Shown here one piece after another: positions 37,954-49,406 of a stretch of DNA of 64,000 bases. The stretch is from NCBI GenBank assembly GCA_003344405.1, contig NOWV01000181.1, forward strand, positions 74,001-138,000, read 5' to 3'. Positions within the stretch are counted from its first letter, which is position 1. Every line of letters starts with the position of its first letter. The stretch comes from Trichoplax sp. H2 (lineage: Eukaryota). Both the position numbers and the translations under genes were made by a program. Under the pieces are notes generated by a model. It saw only the letters and a list, made by a program, of their open reading frames with translations. It was not told the DNA's origin and did not search any database.

Positions 37954-40599
37954 ATGGGTTCTGGTAGCAGTCTACAATCTAGAACGGTAGACTATAACGC
38001 AACGGCAAGAGCAATGATAGCAAAGGGTAAACGACTTCTAGATAAAGGATTATATCAAGAATCGCTTCAAGAATATCAAGATGCTTTGCAAGAGATGGAT
38101 ACCATTAATTCTACAAATCCTAATAGATCAAGTAACAAATTGGATAACCCCATGCTAGATATTTATCATGGCATGGCGATAGCTCATGAGAAACAAAGCG
38201 AATGGAGAGATGCAGAATCAGTGTATTATAAAATGATTCTATTGCAAGTCCAATTAACCGGAGAGAAGACCGTTCAAGTTGCTGATTTATATCGCCAAAT
38301 GGGAAAATTATATTCAAAATTAAGCCAATTCAAAAAAGCTTTAATCATGCTTGAAAAATCCCTTCAAATTCGATTAGAATTATTTGGGATTGAAAATTTA
38401 AAAGTAACGGAAGCTTACGATGACCTCGCGTTGTATTATTGCCGAATGAATCGATTTCATGATGCCCAAAACAATTATGAAAAATCATATAATATCCGTT
38501 TAAGGGAATTAGGCCAAAATGATATCGAAATCGTCAAATCATATAATAATATAGCAGATGTTCATATGCAGCAATGCCATTATAATGAGGCTTTGTCCTT
38601 CTATCAAAAATCGCTCAATCTTTGTAGACGAATTTATGGCGATAAACATCGTGATGTCGCTCAATCCTATCAACACATAGGTGATGTTGCTGTTAAACAG
38701 TTGCGATATGAAGAAGCGGCGGTCATTTATCAGACATGTTTAAATATGACTTTGGATTTATTTGGCAAAAAGCATGAAGATATTGCTCTTATATATATTA
38801 AAATGGCTGATATGAATATTCAGCAATCGGAATATCACGAAGCCATGAGTTTGTGTAAGAAAGTGCAAAAAATGTATCAGCAAATGGATGAAAAAGAAAA
38901 TCCAAATTCTACAGCACTAACGTTAAAAATAGCTAAAGTCTATCATTTACAGAGAAAATATGATTCTGCTTTAGGATTACTGCGGAGTCTATTGACAAAA
39001 TTAACTCAGGTATACGGGGATAGGCACGTTGATATCGCTGCTACTATGGAAGCTATATCAGAAGCGGTTTATGAACTTTTTGAATATGAAACAGCACAAG
39101 ACACTTTTGCTAAGACTTTACGTATGCGGTTAGCATTAACTGGCGAAAATAATGTCGATGTTGCGAGGATATATTTTCGCTTAGGTGATATTAACTATGC
39201 CCGAGGTAATATTCCTGAGAGTATCAAATCTTATCTTCGATCTCTAAAAATTCGTTTAATCGTCTTCGGAGATAGCCATCCATCTGTTGCTGAAGCCGGA
39301 GATAGTATCGCGTTTATTTACATGATTTTTCGTAAGCATCATGAAGCTTTGGATTTATTCGAAAAATCGCTCAAGATCCGCTTACATGTGAATGGCGGAA
39401 TGAGTCCTAATACGGCTGCATCTTATAAAAATGTTGCTGTTATTTACTCCAAAGTTGGAAGACTGGAAGATGCCCTAGAAATGCTTCAAAAATCTCTTGA
39501 TATTCGCTTGCATCTAACTGATGGCAAAAATAAAGATGTTGCTGTGTTATACGAAGAAATTGCAACAATCCATGCATTACAATCTAAATATGAAGAAGCA
39601 ATTACCGCGCTAGAGACATCATTAGAGATTCTAATACCCTTAGTGACGGAGGAACACCGGGATGTTGCCAATATTTATCTTCGTATCGGGGAAATATATA
39701 AAGCCCAAAAATTGTATAACAGGGCAGAGTTTTACTATCATAAGTCATTAACAAAGTTAATAGCAGCTATCGGGGATAGCAACTTAGAGGTATCTGGTCG
39801 TTATGAGGAATTAGCTTACGTACAATACTTGAACGAGGATTATGATCAAGCAGAAGTTTTATATGCGAAAGCTTTGGACATTCGTTATACTGATCTGCGC
39901 CAAATAGACGAAAAAGTTGCAGAGTTGTTCCAGATACTGGGAACTATATACATGAAATTAGAAAATTATAACGACGCTCTAATGGTTTTAAATAAAGCTG
40001 TCGATGTTAGGACTCAGCTATCAGCTGATCGCAACAGTGATTCTTTTGCCAATTTGTATCAAAATCTAGCTGCAGTTCATACTAGACAATCAATGCAATA
40101 TAATGCACAGCCTCTATTACTTAAAGCTTTAGCAATTCGAATTAAATTACACGGAGATAACAGCATTAATGTTGCTAATACATATGAGGCTATGGCTCAT
40201 GATTATCAGCAACGCCAGCGATATCAAGAAGCTCTTACCATGTATCAGAAGGCCTTAAAAATTGCAGATGATCAATTAGGACCTACTCATATATTTGTTG
40301 CTCAATTATATGATTTCATCGGAGATGCCTACAAAGACTTGCATGATAACAAAAATGCAAGAACCATGTATCAGAAATCATTACAAATTCAGGCTGATGT
40401 ATTGAAATTAGAGAATCAAGACGTTTTAGACTTGTACAGTAAGTTAACTGATCTCATTCAGCAACAAGGAGATTCTGAAGACGCTGCTTTACTGTTAAAG
40501 CAGGCTAAACTTTTGCACCAGAAATTACCAACCTTAACTACAAATAATATTTCACTTAGTAAATTAAAATACATTTTCTGGGAAGGCAATCGGTCATAA
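37954..40599 (+). CDS. Intronless 881-aa TPR solenoid protein (about 19 repeats of 42 aa) with an N-myristoylation-type start
   Basis: Long ORF with repeats such as YGDKHRDVAQSYQHIGDV..KQ.RYEEA...YQ.CL. N-terminus MGSGSS. The N-terminal helices are homologous to the 11597-12616 protein. Confidence 0.93.
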   Translation: MGSGSSLQSRTVDYNATARAMIAKGKRLLDKGLYQESLQEYQDALQEMDTINSTNPNRSSNKLDNPMLDIYHGMAIAHEKQSEWRDAESVYYKMILLQVQLTGEKTVQVADLYRQMGKLYSKLSQFKKALIMLEKSLQIRLELFGIENLKVTEAYDDLALYYCRMNRFHDAQNNYEKSYNIRLRELGQNDIEIVKSYNNIADVHMQQCHYNEALSFYQKSLNLCRRIYGDKHRDVAQSYQHIGDVAVKQLRYEEAAVIYQTCLNMTLDLFGKKHEDIALIYIKMADMNIQQSEYHEAMSLCKKVQKMYQQMDEKENPNSTALTLKIAKVYHLQRKYDSALGLLRSLLTKLTQVYGDRHVDIAATMEAISEAVYELFEYETAQDTFAKTLRMRLALTGENNVDVARIYFRLGDINYARGNIPESIKSYLRSLKIRLIVFGDSHPSVAEAGDSIAFIYMIFRKHHEALDLFEKSLKIRLHVNGGMSPNTAASYKNVAVIYSKVGRLEDALEMLQKSLDIRLHLTDGKNKDVAVLYEEIATIHALQSKYEEAITALETSLEILIPLVTEEHRDVANIYLRIGEIYKAQKLYNRAEFYYHKSLTKLIAAIGDSNLEVSGRYEELAYVQYLNEDYDQAEVLYAKALDIRYTDLRQIDEKVAELFQILGTIYMKLENYNDALMVLNKAVDVRTQLSADRNSDSFANLYQNLAAVHTRQSMQYNAQPLLLKALAIRIKLHGDNSINVANTYEAMAHDYQQRQRYQEALTMYQKALKIADDQLGPTHIFVAQLYDFIGDAYKDLHDNKNARTMYQKSLQIQADVLKLENQDVLDLYSKLTDLIQQQGDSEDAALLLKQAKLLHQKLPTLTTNNISLSKLKYIFWEGNRS

Positions 40600-41989
40600 C
40601 TTAAGCCATTAATTAAATCTTTACAGGTTACTTGTGCATTATTTGTGGCTTATCTTTGGATTTGAAGTGATAATTATATAATTGATCTAATTTCGTCTTT
40701 AAATACATAAATAGACATGAGAGCTTTGATTTTCCTGTGATTTTAAAAATATTCATTACTAGCCAAGTAGCCTTAATATCAGGATAGTCAGAAACTAATT
40801 TAGTAGCATCACATTGATGAAACATCGCATTGGAATTAAATGTTTGGTGTAAACGAATGATAAATCATAATATCAATTTTCGAACAGATTGGCCACATTT
40901 TATAGGGATTAAAATTGTATAACGGGAAATACTTAGCTACAATTTTTATCATATGGTGAACACCTTTAATCACTATTGAAATTGTAGAAGGAAGACTACG
41001 AAACTGCAAGTTCGAAAAATTTTTGTTTAATTGAAATGCCAACTGGACATCTAAGTGAAACATTACAAAAATATATAGTAAATGTATATGATTTTGTATT
41101 ATTTTTGTCAGGACAGATTGAATTTGAATCAACTGCTCGAAAAGTCCAAGACTTTTTACTATAGTTTATAATTCTCTAGAAATTAGTTACTAAGCCAAAG
41201 CACTAGAATTTATTACCTATATCTGTTATAGAAGTAATTTAGAACGCGATGGATATCTGATTGGCTCTACAGGAGTTAAACATAAATTGTGTGTGATCTC
41301 TAACTGTATATATATACTGCAACATTCGCGTTAAATATAAACTTTACTACTTTTTTGCGGTAATATTTAAATTTACCCAAATAGTATTTTAACAGGATTA
41401 AAAAATTTGTCTTGTTATCACGGTCAAGACTTTGTCATGAAATGTCTATATGCTGTCAATTATATCTCGAAGTTAATACTGTGTACGCTGTGCAGCCATT
41501 ACTAACCAGTATACTTTCGTTGATGAATAATTATTATCCTGCAGAAGTAATTTATTAACTTTGACGACGTCTAAGAAAAGTCTCCTTAGAGGCATTACCC
41601 ATAAATTTTGATCATTTGATTAGACAGCTTATCCAAGCCTGCCTATTTTATCTTTACCTTAAGTTATGCTATAAATTAAGCGCAAGAGGTTCATAAAATA
41701 CATACTGTTTTGTCGTTAGTTTAGACTATAACTCATTCGTTTTAATAAAGTCTTTCATATAATTCAAGCTGTTAGTAGTTTTGTAAGATGTAGAAAACAT
41801 TTAGCAATGACTTTAAGCGATTCAAAACTTTTATCTCAAAGATTCAGACAAGCAAAGTTTGATCAATCAATCGGTGAAGCGATTTAGTAAGTGTAAAGTA
41901 GAATTATAACTATAATTTTTTATTAGTGCAGGGCTAAATTCGTAGCTATAACACCCGCCTACTACGGTAGATGAAAAGTATGGCATCCA

Positions 41990-42680
41990 GCTTCAGATAT
42001 TTATATCCCTCCTCTTGTAAAATAATTGATAGACTCTTTTACTTGGAGTGGAGCTTTTGATAGACATGTTATGTATTCAATTATTATGCAGTGTCTGTTT
42101 GACTGTAAAAGAATAATTTATAGTTTTGATTTTACTGTTCGTTAGTTATTAGAGTTTCATATAGCAGTAAGTTATTAAACGTTCAATATTGCCTTATTAT
42201 AGCAATAAATCTTATTAAAATGTACATATGATCTGAATCATGATGGTTCTACTCCTTCATACTTTCTAAATTTTTTAAGAACAGATTCGAATCGTTGTTG
42301 TTCTCGAACTTTAGCAATCTATCGCATTGAAATTTTTTATAAAGATTTATATCCCTGCTCCTGTAAAACAATTGATAGACTCTTTTACTTAGAATAGAAT
42401 TCTTGTAGAAACATTATGCAACCACTTTAATTAACTATCCCTATTAGATTATAAGAGAGTAATTCATAGATTGAATTTCCCTGTACAGTAGTGTTCATTA
42501 CGGCTTGCGGTCAATCTGTATGTAACTATGGATATTCATACTCGTAGTAAAGTTTCATTTAACAGTACCAAATTTTTATTAGAATGCCGTATGATCTGAA
42601 TTGTAGTAATACTACACCTTTATACTTTCTAATTATTTTAAGAACAAATTCAAATCCTTGATGTCATCAAACTTTAAATA
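41990..42680. repeat. Diverged direct tandem duplication, period ~350 bp
   Basis: atttatatccct.ctc.tgtaaaa.aattgatagactcttttactt at ~41999 and ~42345. tatgatctgaat and catactttctaa/tatactttctaa occur in both copies. Confidence 0.8.
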
Positions 42681-42819
42681 GAATTACGAATAAATAAGTG
42701 GCTAAATACTATTTATTCCAAAATGGATCATATCACAGTATACGAATACTTATGTTCCAGAAGTTTTAACGATCTACCAAAAGAGCTAAATAATACTAAA
42801 TAGAGAGCTTTATAAAGAT

Positions 42820-45800
42820 TCACTTCAATTTATTCGCTGTTAGAAATAACGTTGCATTGGGCGTTAGTCCAGATTCATATAACGTTGCATCCATATCCGT
42901 ATATAGCTTCTTGGGAAAGGAAGAACGAATCTCAAACGGTGGTTCCGAAGACGACCTTTATTACAAAAGGTAAATTTAATTTCTTCTAGCCTTCAAATTT
43001 GATAGATGATACAGCTGTATTTTTACACTTTACCTTTGGTTACTTATATATTTATATAGATCCTGAATCGTATCATTAAATTTTAATTTAACGATATATA
43101 CCTGTATTGTGAAATTAAATAGGTAAAGGTTAACAGCCTTCAGATACATATCCCTTAATCTAGTGTTCGCAAACACCAGAATGCCCTACATTATACAAAG
43201 TAACGTAGTTATTAATGATTACTTGGCTATTGTCTTCATTCTTAATTCGCAACGTTGTAATATCATGTGGAGTTGCAGGCCTCTCAGACTCATCAGCGTG
43301 TCTAATGATAGAAAACATCACGAAACCAACGGGAATTTGGTAAATTAAATCGATTAAAAACTTTTAAATGAATGGGTAGTTTCATAGTATGCTTAAAATT
43401 ATATTTATTTACAATTCGGTTGCCTATTAAGCAGATACGATTCGTAAACTAAAAGTATATGCGTAGATATAGCTATCAATATGGAACAAGCCTTTATCAT
43501 AAAATACTGCATTAATTAAATTATGTGATTTTATTACTATATTCTTAATTTAGCCGTCTGATCTTACTTTACTTTCATGTCTTTCACTTGTTTAGTTTCT
43601 ACGATCACAACTTTACTTTTCGTAGAATCGCTTGTCTGATAAATTTTAGTTTAAATTTAAAATTTTTAGTAGCCTCTCAATAATACATAAGAAGAGGTGC
43701 AGTGCTAATAATGGAACTGTGAGTCTTAGCAAAATCTTTGTCAAATCTCGTACAATAGTTTATATATATATTGATTTGATATGTAAATAGTTTACCTGAA
43801 TATTTTCCTTAATATCTGATCGAATATTAACAATTTTTCCATCGCGTATGACAGATTCAGGCAACTTCGATAAAAATTTATCTACAGTAACTGGTTTTCC
43901 TAATCAAGATATTTTCAAGAACTTTGTCTCAATTCAACCCTTGGCTATACATATCTAAGCTATTAAATGAAATACCAGCTAATTTGCTAGTGACTTTAAC
44001 TTTATTCCGCCGCGACACCATGTTGCCCGGTGGATTCGACTTTCCGCCCAAAATATTTCCAAGACCAGGAAAATTATCTAATCGCTGATTTCGATATTCT
44101 GTTTCACGATGATCGTAAATCTATAATCGATAAGAGGATAGAATTCTCAGCAAATGTCTTAATGAAGCATAATCAAGTGGGCTTGAAATTCAGTTCTAAA
44201 GATTTTAATATTTCATTCTGTTTAGGGATAACCTGGAATGGTACGCCGTCTGGATGTCTAGATTGTAATTCTGACGGAAAATAACCATCACAAATATCGC
44301 GAATAAATTGCTGTATAAGCAATACGAGAATACGCGTACAGAAATGTATTTCAAATCAGTATTTTTAACATAAAGGTTCAAAGTTTAATCTATAAAACTT
44401 CTGTTATGAAATCAGACGCTATTAATTACGTAGATGGTTAGGTAATCGCCTTTATAGGCATACTGATAAAGGCAACATTTGCTAGTAAACCAGTTTTACC
44501 TGTGCATAGGGTTCATCATAATACCTAAATGGACCTTCGTATAAAGCGAAACCATTGCTATAAATCGAGATAGGAATTGCGTCTGGAATCTGAAATGGTA
44601 AGTATTTAAGTACATCAGTTACCAGAGTTTACACATCTAGAAACCAGAGACGAAGGTCATATCCTTTTTAGATATAAATGTTGAATATTAACTCGTTTAT
44701 AAACCTGAAAAACAGCTCTTCCTGTTGTCTTGACAATCTTAGGATTATCCGCATTTGCCAATAAATTTAGTTCCTACAAGCAGTTAATGACAAATGTTAG
44801 AGGATTAACTAATACAGAAACCAACACAATCGAATAGTGGCCTTATAGCGTGCATTTTTCTCAGATAAACAGGCATTCGGGCAACTATTTTGTGCTTATT
44901 GGTGGTAGCAAACATTAACATGTGAGAATAAAATTTCTGTCTAACATTTCTAAAAAAAGTCATGCTTTGTTTGATACTGTATGAAAACCTTGTAGAAAGA
45001 TTTTGATAATCACAAATTTCTCTACGTAGTACAATATTAACTTACCTTAATATTTTCAATCACAAGATTAAAATCAATTGCCGTTGCTGTTGCAAGTGAT
45101 TGTTCTGATAAATATTAGAATGTAAATTAGATCAATTTCGATCATTCCTATTGCATGCAATAAGCTTATTGATAATGACTGATTGATTTTGGGAGAATGA
45201 TCAAACCTGGTTGCCACATAGTCGTCGATGCAGTATTTTGTTTCTCAGAATTATCTTGTGTACTACTGTCTTCGTCGTCTTCGCTTTCGTCATCTCCTAT
45301 CCACACGAGGCCATAATCATTCAAAAATCGCTGCGTAATTTAGAGACAGATACAGAGTAAGAATTTTAGATGAACTTGTATGGTGTATTATAAAGTTAAT
45401 ACAAATTTGAGATTGTTAGATTTAAGCAATATCCATTCAAAGGCGTGAGAAAATCTTAACCTCCATTTCATGGACTTGTCTTTGTAATGTAACGCATTTT
45501 GCTTTTAGTTCTCTGTAAGATTCTTCGTCATCATTTCTAGCTAAAAGAGATGAATTTGAAAATATGAAATAATGAAAGCAGAAATGATTTGTGCCTACTC
45601 TTTTACGGGATATTTGTATATAATAGCTAATTTATTATAGAAGATCAAACGAAAGTACATATATACTGATCAGTTTTCTAAGTATTTTAAGAACAAGTCA
45701 TATGCAATGCGAATAGAGTTACGTAAGTATTGTAGTCCTATGAGATATCTTAATGATCGACATATTATTCATCTAAAGTCGAAAATTTTGATCAGTCTTT

Positions 45801-47238
45801 CGAAATTACAAGTTTATTATATAATAAAATAAGTATTATAACATCAGTGGCGAGGAGTCAAGTGAGCGTATATAAGTTTAGGCCATGATTGGAAATTAAT
45901 TAGAAATTTTATCACTGATGTACACTGAACCCCTACAATATCTTGTCATTAAGGTATGAGATATCGAATTTTCTGCAATACAACTATTTAAAACTACAAC
46001 ATTGCGTTATAAGATGGAATAAAGAATAGATTTTCTGCATGGCTGAAGTTAATCCATTCATGACTGTGGTATAGCTTCAGGTTTATATTTGCACAAATAA
46101 CATTTTTGCTTGCGAATTTATAGTATCTCATCATATCTGGTAGTCTTACAAAGCAATAGATAGAATTTGTCTTACCATTCTTTAACTTTAGCTGCTTGAC
46201 TTGGAACTCTAGGTGCCTAATTCTTTTATCCTAGATTGATTCAATATCACACAGATTTAAGACTGTTGTATTTCATAAGCAGAATATTACTAGCAATAAG
46301 TAGCATAATGTTAAATAGGACCTTTTCAGCTCCATCTTGATTCGCTAATGCCAATTGCTTCTCAGTTGTGGTTAATCGCTTAAGCATAACTGACATAAGA
46401 TCAGCGTCTGCTTCACTATCGCCTGAAATAATAGGCAGTTTAGCTAAGATCATAATTCAAAATAGAATTCGGTAGCTATTACAGTTCAAGCCTGAGTGTT
46501 GTTCAAGAGGGAACTAACGTAACGGGAAATTATTCTGCTTACCTCTAGGTGACTTTCTTGAGCTTCGATCGTGCTGAATGTCATTAACTATTTCCTTCTG
46601 TAAGTAATCACTAAATTTCTTATTCATTTCTTGAGCATATAGTTCCTCATCTAATTTCATTTTATAGCAAATTCAATTACACTTAAAACTATCTCGCCAA
46701 TTAGGTTTACAGTTGTGATGAAGTCATCACTAGAATAAATCAAATGAAGATATTGAAGCCGCTACCTGTTCTTTGAACTTGAGTATTTCGGAATGGAGCG
46801 ATTCTCTTTTTCCTATTTGATGTAATGATTGAATCATAAAGTAAATTATCGACTAATATGATGCAGAAGACTAGGCATCAACGTGTAAAGGAATACGATC
46901 CTGAGTATAGCTTTCTGAGTTGTCTATTAATTTAACACGAAATAATACCGCAAATCTCTGTGAATTACATATCGATAGTATAAATAGAAGTCATCGTCTA
47001 TCGCTGCGGAAAGTAGATTACATCATTAAATTATAGGCAAGTCATAACATTCATTCTCCGTGTCTGCCTTTATGACTATAATTTGTGTTTATACCATCCT
47101 CTACCATTCTAAAACTTACGTTATCTGTTCTTCATTGTCTTCCTGCTTTGGAAGGGAGTATAGATTGCCTTCTTTCTGATTTGATGGCACTAAAGGCACC
47201 CTTTTGGTTTTTTTCAAACTCTGTATCGGTCCACTCAT
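42820..47238 (-). CDS. UBXN11: UBX domain-containing protein 11 (SOC/socius) ortholog, multi-exon
   Basis: Minus-strand exons translate to MSGPIQSLKKTKRVPL; DADLMSVMLKRL; KCVTLQRQVHEME/RFLNDYGLVWIG; IPISIYSNGFALYEGPFRYYDEP/QFIRDICDGYFPSELQSRHPDGVPFQV (SEP domain); FEIRSSFPKKLY..MDATLYESGLTPNATLFL (UBX end). These match my recollection of vertebrate UBXN11. Confidence 0.92.
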
Positions 47239-47283
47239 ATTAATATCCAATAATGATATTTAGTTACGCACAATTTATTTTCA

Positions 47284-47297
47284 ACTGTAATGGTAAC
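47284..47297 (-). promoter_or_regulatory. X-box-like (RFX) half-site upstream of UBXN11
   Basis: Minus strand GTTACC AT TACAGT, ~46-59 bp upstream of the ATG. One perfect half-site only. Confidence 0.4.
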
Positions 47298-48576
47298 TTT
47301 AAATAATTCCTTATGATTTCTTTTTGTAGCTTCAACTATATAAGGCTTCTTAAACTAATCAGATCAACCTAATCGATTGAATAGTGACGGTTTAAAATTC
47401 ACATTTAACTCTGATTTCATGGATCACTTAGTACCAAGAACTTTATTAATAGATTAACTTTAACGTAGTCATTGTATAACATCGATGTCGTTATTTATAA
47501 CTATAAAATGCGTTGATTACAGCAGTTAATGCTGTACTATCAATACTAGAACAGCATAGGTGTTGTGATTAGCTTAAAGTCTTGTAGCATACTAAATAAT
47601 AATAGTTTATGTACTGTATCGGTCATGTTAACGCCTTGTGTAATACGGTAATCATATTAATTATTAGCAGATGCAAACACTGCATAGTTATCGTTATAAG
47701 ATTCGAAACAAATCCATATTTGTTCAAGTACAGTAATTTTTCAGAAATATAGTGAATTTATATGGAATGACAGCGAAGAAACTGGCTGTAGGTTGGTCAT
47801 TAATAGCCAATAACGGTCTAAGACTGCTGATGTCTCGGCGACAAGAGTCAACTTTAAATAAAGTAAATATGATTCATAGATTGTCAAATCTTGTATGGAA
47901 TAGATGCAATAACTACGTTATTGTTTAAAATGTAGAAATTATTCTCCTTTGTATTCGCTCGAGAATAATGAACTTGTTAAGTGCTCCCCTCGTAATGATA
48001 CAGTTCGTATAGTTAATTAACTCTAGCTATTTTATCAACTACAGCTAGATTGGAAATAGAATAGCCTGCTGAAGTTGTAATAACTTTACAATCTATAACT
48101 TAGAGTAAGAGGAATTTATGGCTCTCAAATCCTCATAAACACCTTAAATCAAATGGAATGCAACTTAATGTTAGCTGTTTTCTGTAGAGACGCCCGATTA
48201 TTGTTGTTAAAGACAGTTGTGACTACGTGTACACAAGCTGGTCGTGCCATACATTGAAGTAGTCGTTTCGTTCCCATTTCAGAAATCTAATGGAAAGAGA
48301 ACATGTGGAGCATTGTTTATCAGCCAATAATTCTAATTAATTATGAAATGGCAAATTCTGCAAGGATTTACACTTACCATAACACGTTACACTTCAGAAA
48401 TAAAAGTGCTTACGTCATACTGACCGAATGTATTTCAGAATGAAATTATTATATCGGTAGGATAAGGGATAATCTATAAGGATGTTCCGCTATAATTAGT
48501 ACTACGAGAAATATGAATCAATTAAAAGCACAAATGTAGCGTGCTGCTCAGATGATTATAACTGATTCAACTCCTA

Positions 48577-49100
48577 TGTAGGAGCTACTGATGAAATGCA
48601 TTAAAAAATCCTACAAGCAGCGACAAGTAGGCCTGATCGATGCTGTACTTATGCAGACTTTATACTAGATCTCCCAAAATGTACTTATAGCTCTACAACG
48701 ATACAACATAAAGCAAATTAGGACAACGTTAAAGAAGACAAATAGAGTAAGTATAATAACTTCATTAGCCCATGAATGCATAAGAAATAGCAAAGCCAAA
48801 GTCTAACTGAACGGATATATTTTTGAACGACATATTTTATGCATAATATGAGGAATTGCTGATTATGGAATGTTATAAAGAAATCGTGCAAACTGCGACA
48901 AGTAGGTCTGATCGATACAGCACTAATCTAGAGCCATAGTTAGAGCCCTAAAGATACGCTTATAACTCTACAGCGATGCAATATCGAATAAATTAGGATA
49001 ATGATTAAGAAGACGGATAGTGTAACTATAGTAACTTCATGACCGGTGCATGCGTAAAAATAAGAGTGATACTTAACTAATACTAACCGAAAGTATTGTC
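48577..49100. repeat. Diverged direct tandem duplication, period ~275 bp, in the UBXN11-CCDC81 intergenic region
   Basis: gcgacaagtagg[c/t]ctgatcgat at ~48620 and ~48895. ctctaca.cgat.caa.at and ta.taacttcat occur in both copies. Confidence 0.75.
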
Positions 49101-49219
49101 GATCACCAGAATAGTTTCTATAAGGTACGGAATAGGGTATAAGTAGTTTGTGTTTAATAGACGGCATTTATACTGTATCCCATTTGACACGCAAGCGTAG
49201 TTTCGTCATTATTGATGCC

Positions 49220-49233
49220 GTATCCATAGCAAC
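49220..49233 (+). promoter_or_regulatory. RFX X-box upstream of CCDC81
   Basis: GTATCC AT AGCAAC fits the X-box consensus GTHNYY-AT-RRNAAC, ~175 bp before the ATG. A second imperfect palindrome attgctgtatggcaat lies at 49247-49262. Confidence 0.65.
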
Positions 49234-49406
49234 TTAATCAAGCTAAATTGCTGTATGGCAATAGTTGACATTAAAAAGATTTCAAGCTATAACATAAGTC
49301 AGCGTCACGGAATTGAAATCGGACATGAAATTTTAGCTAGTAATATCCGATTATTCTTTAATTTAAAAGGTTATTTCGTTGTATCATCATCTTCCTCATT
49401 GCCAAG

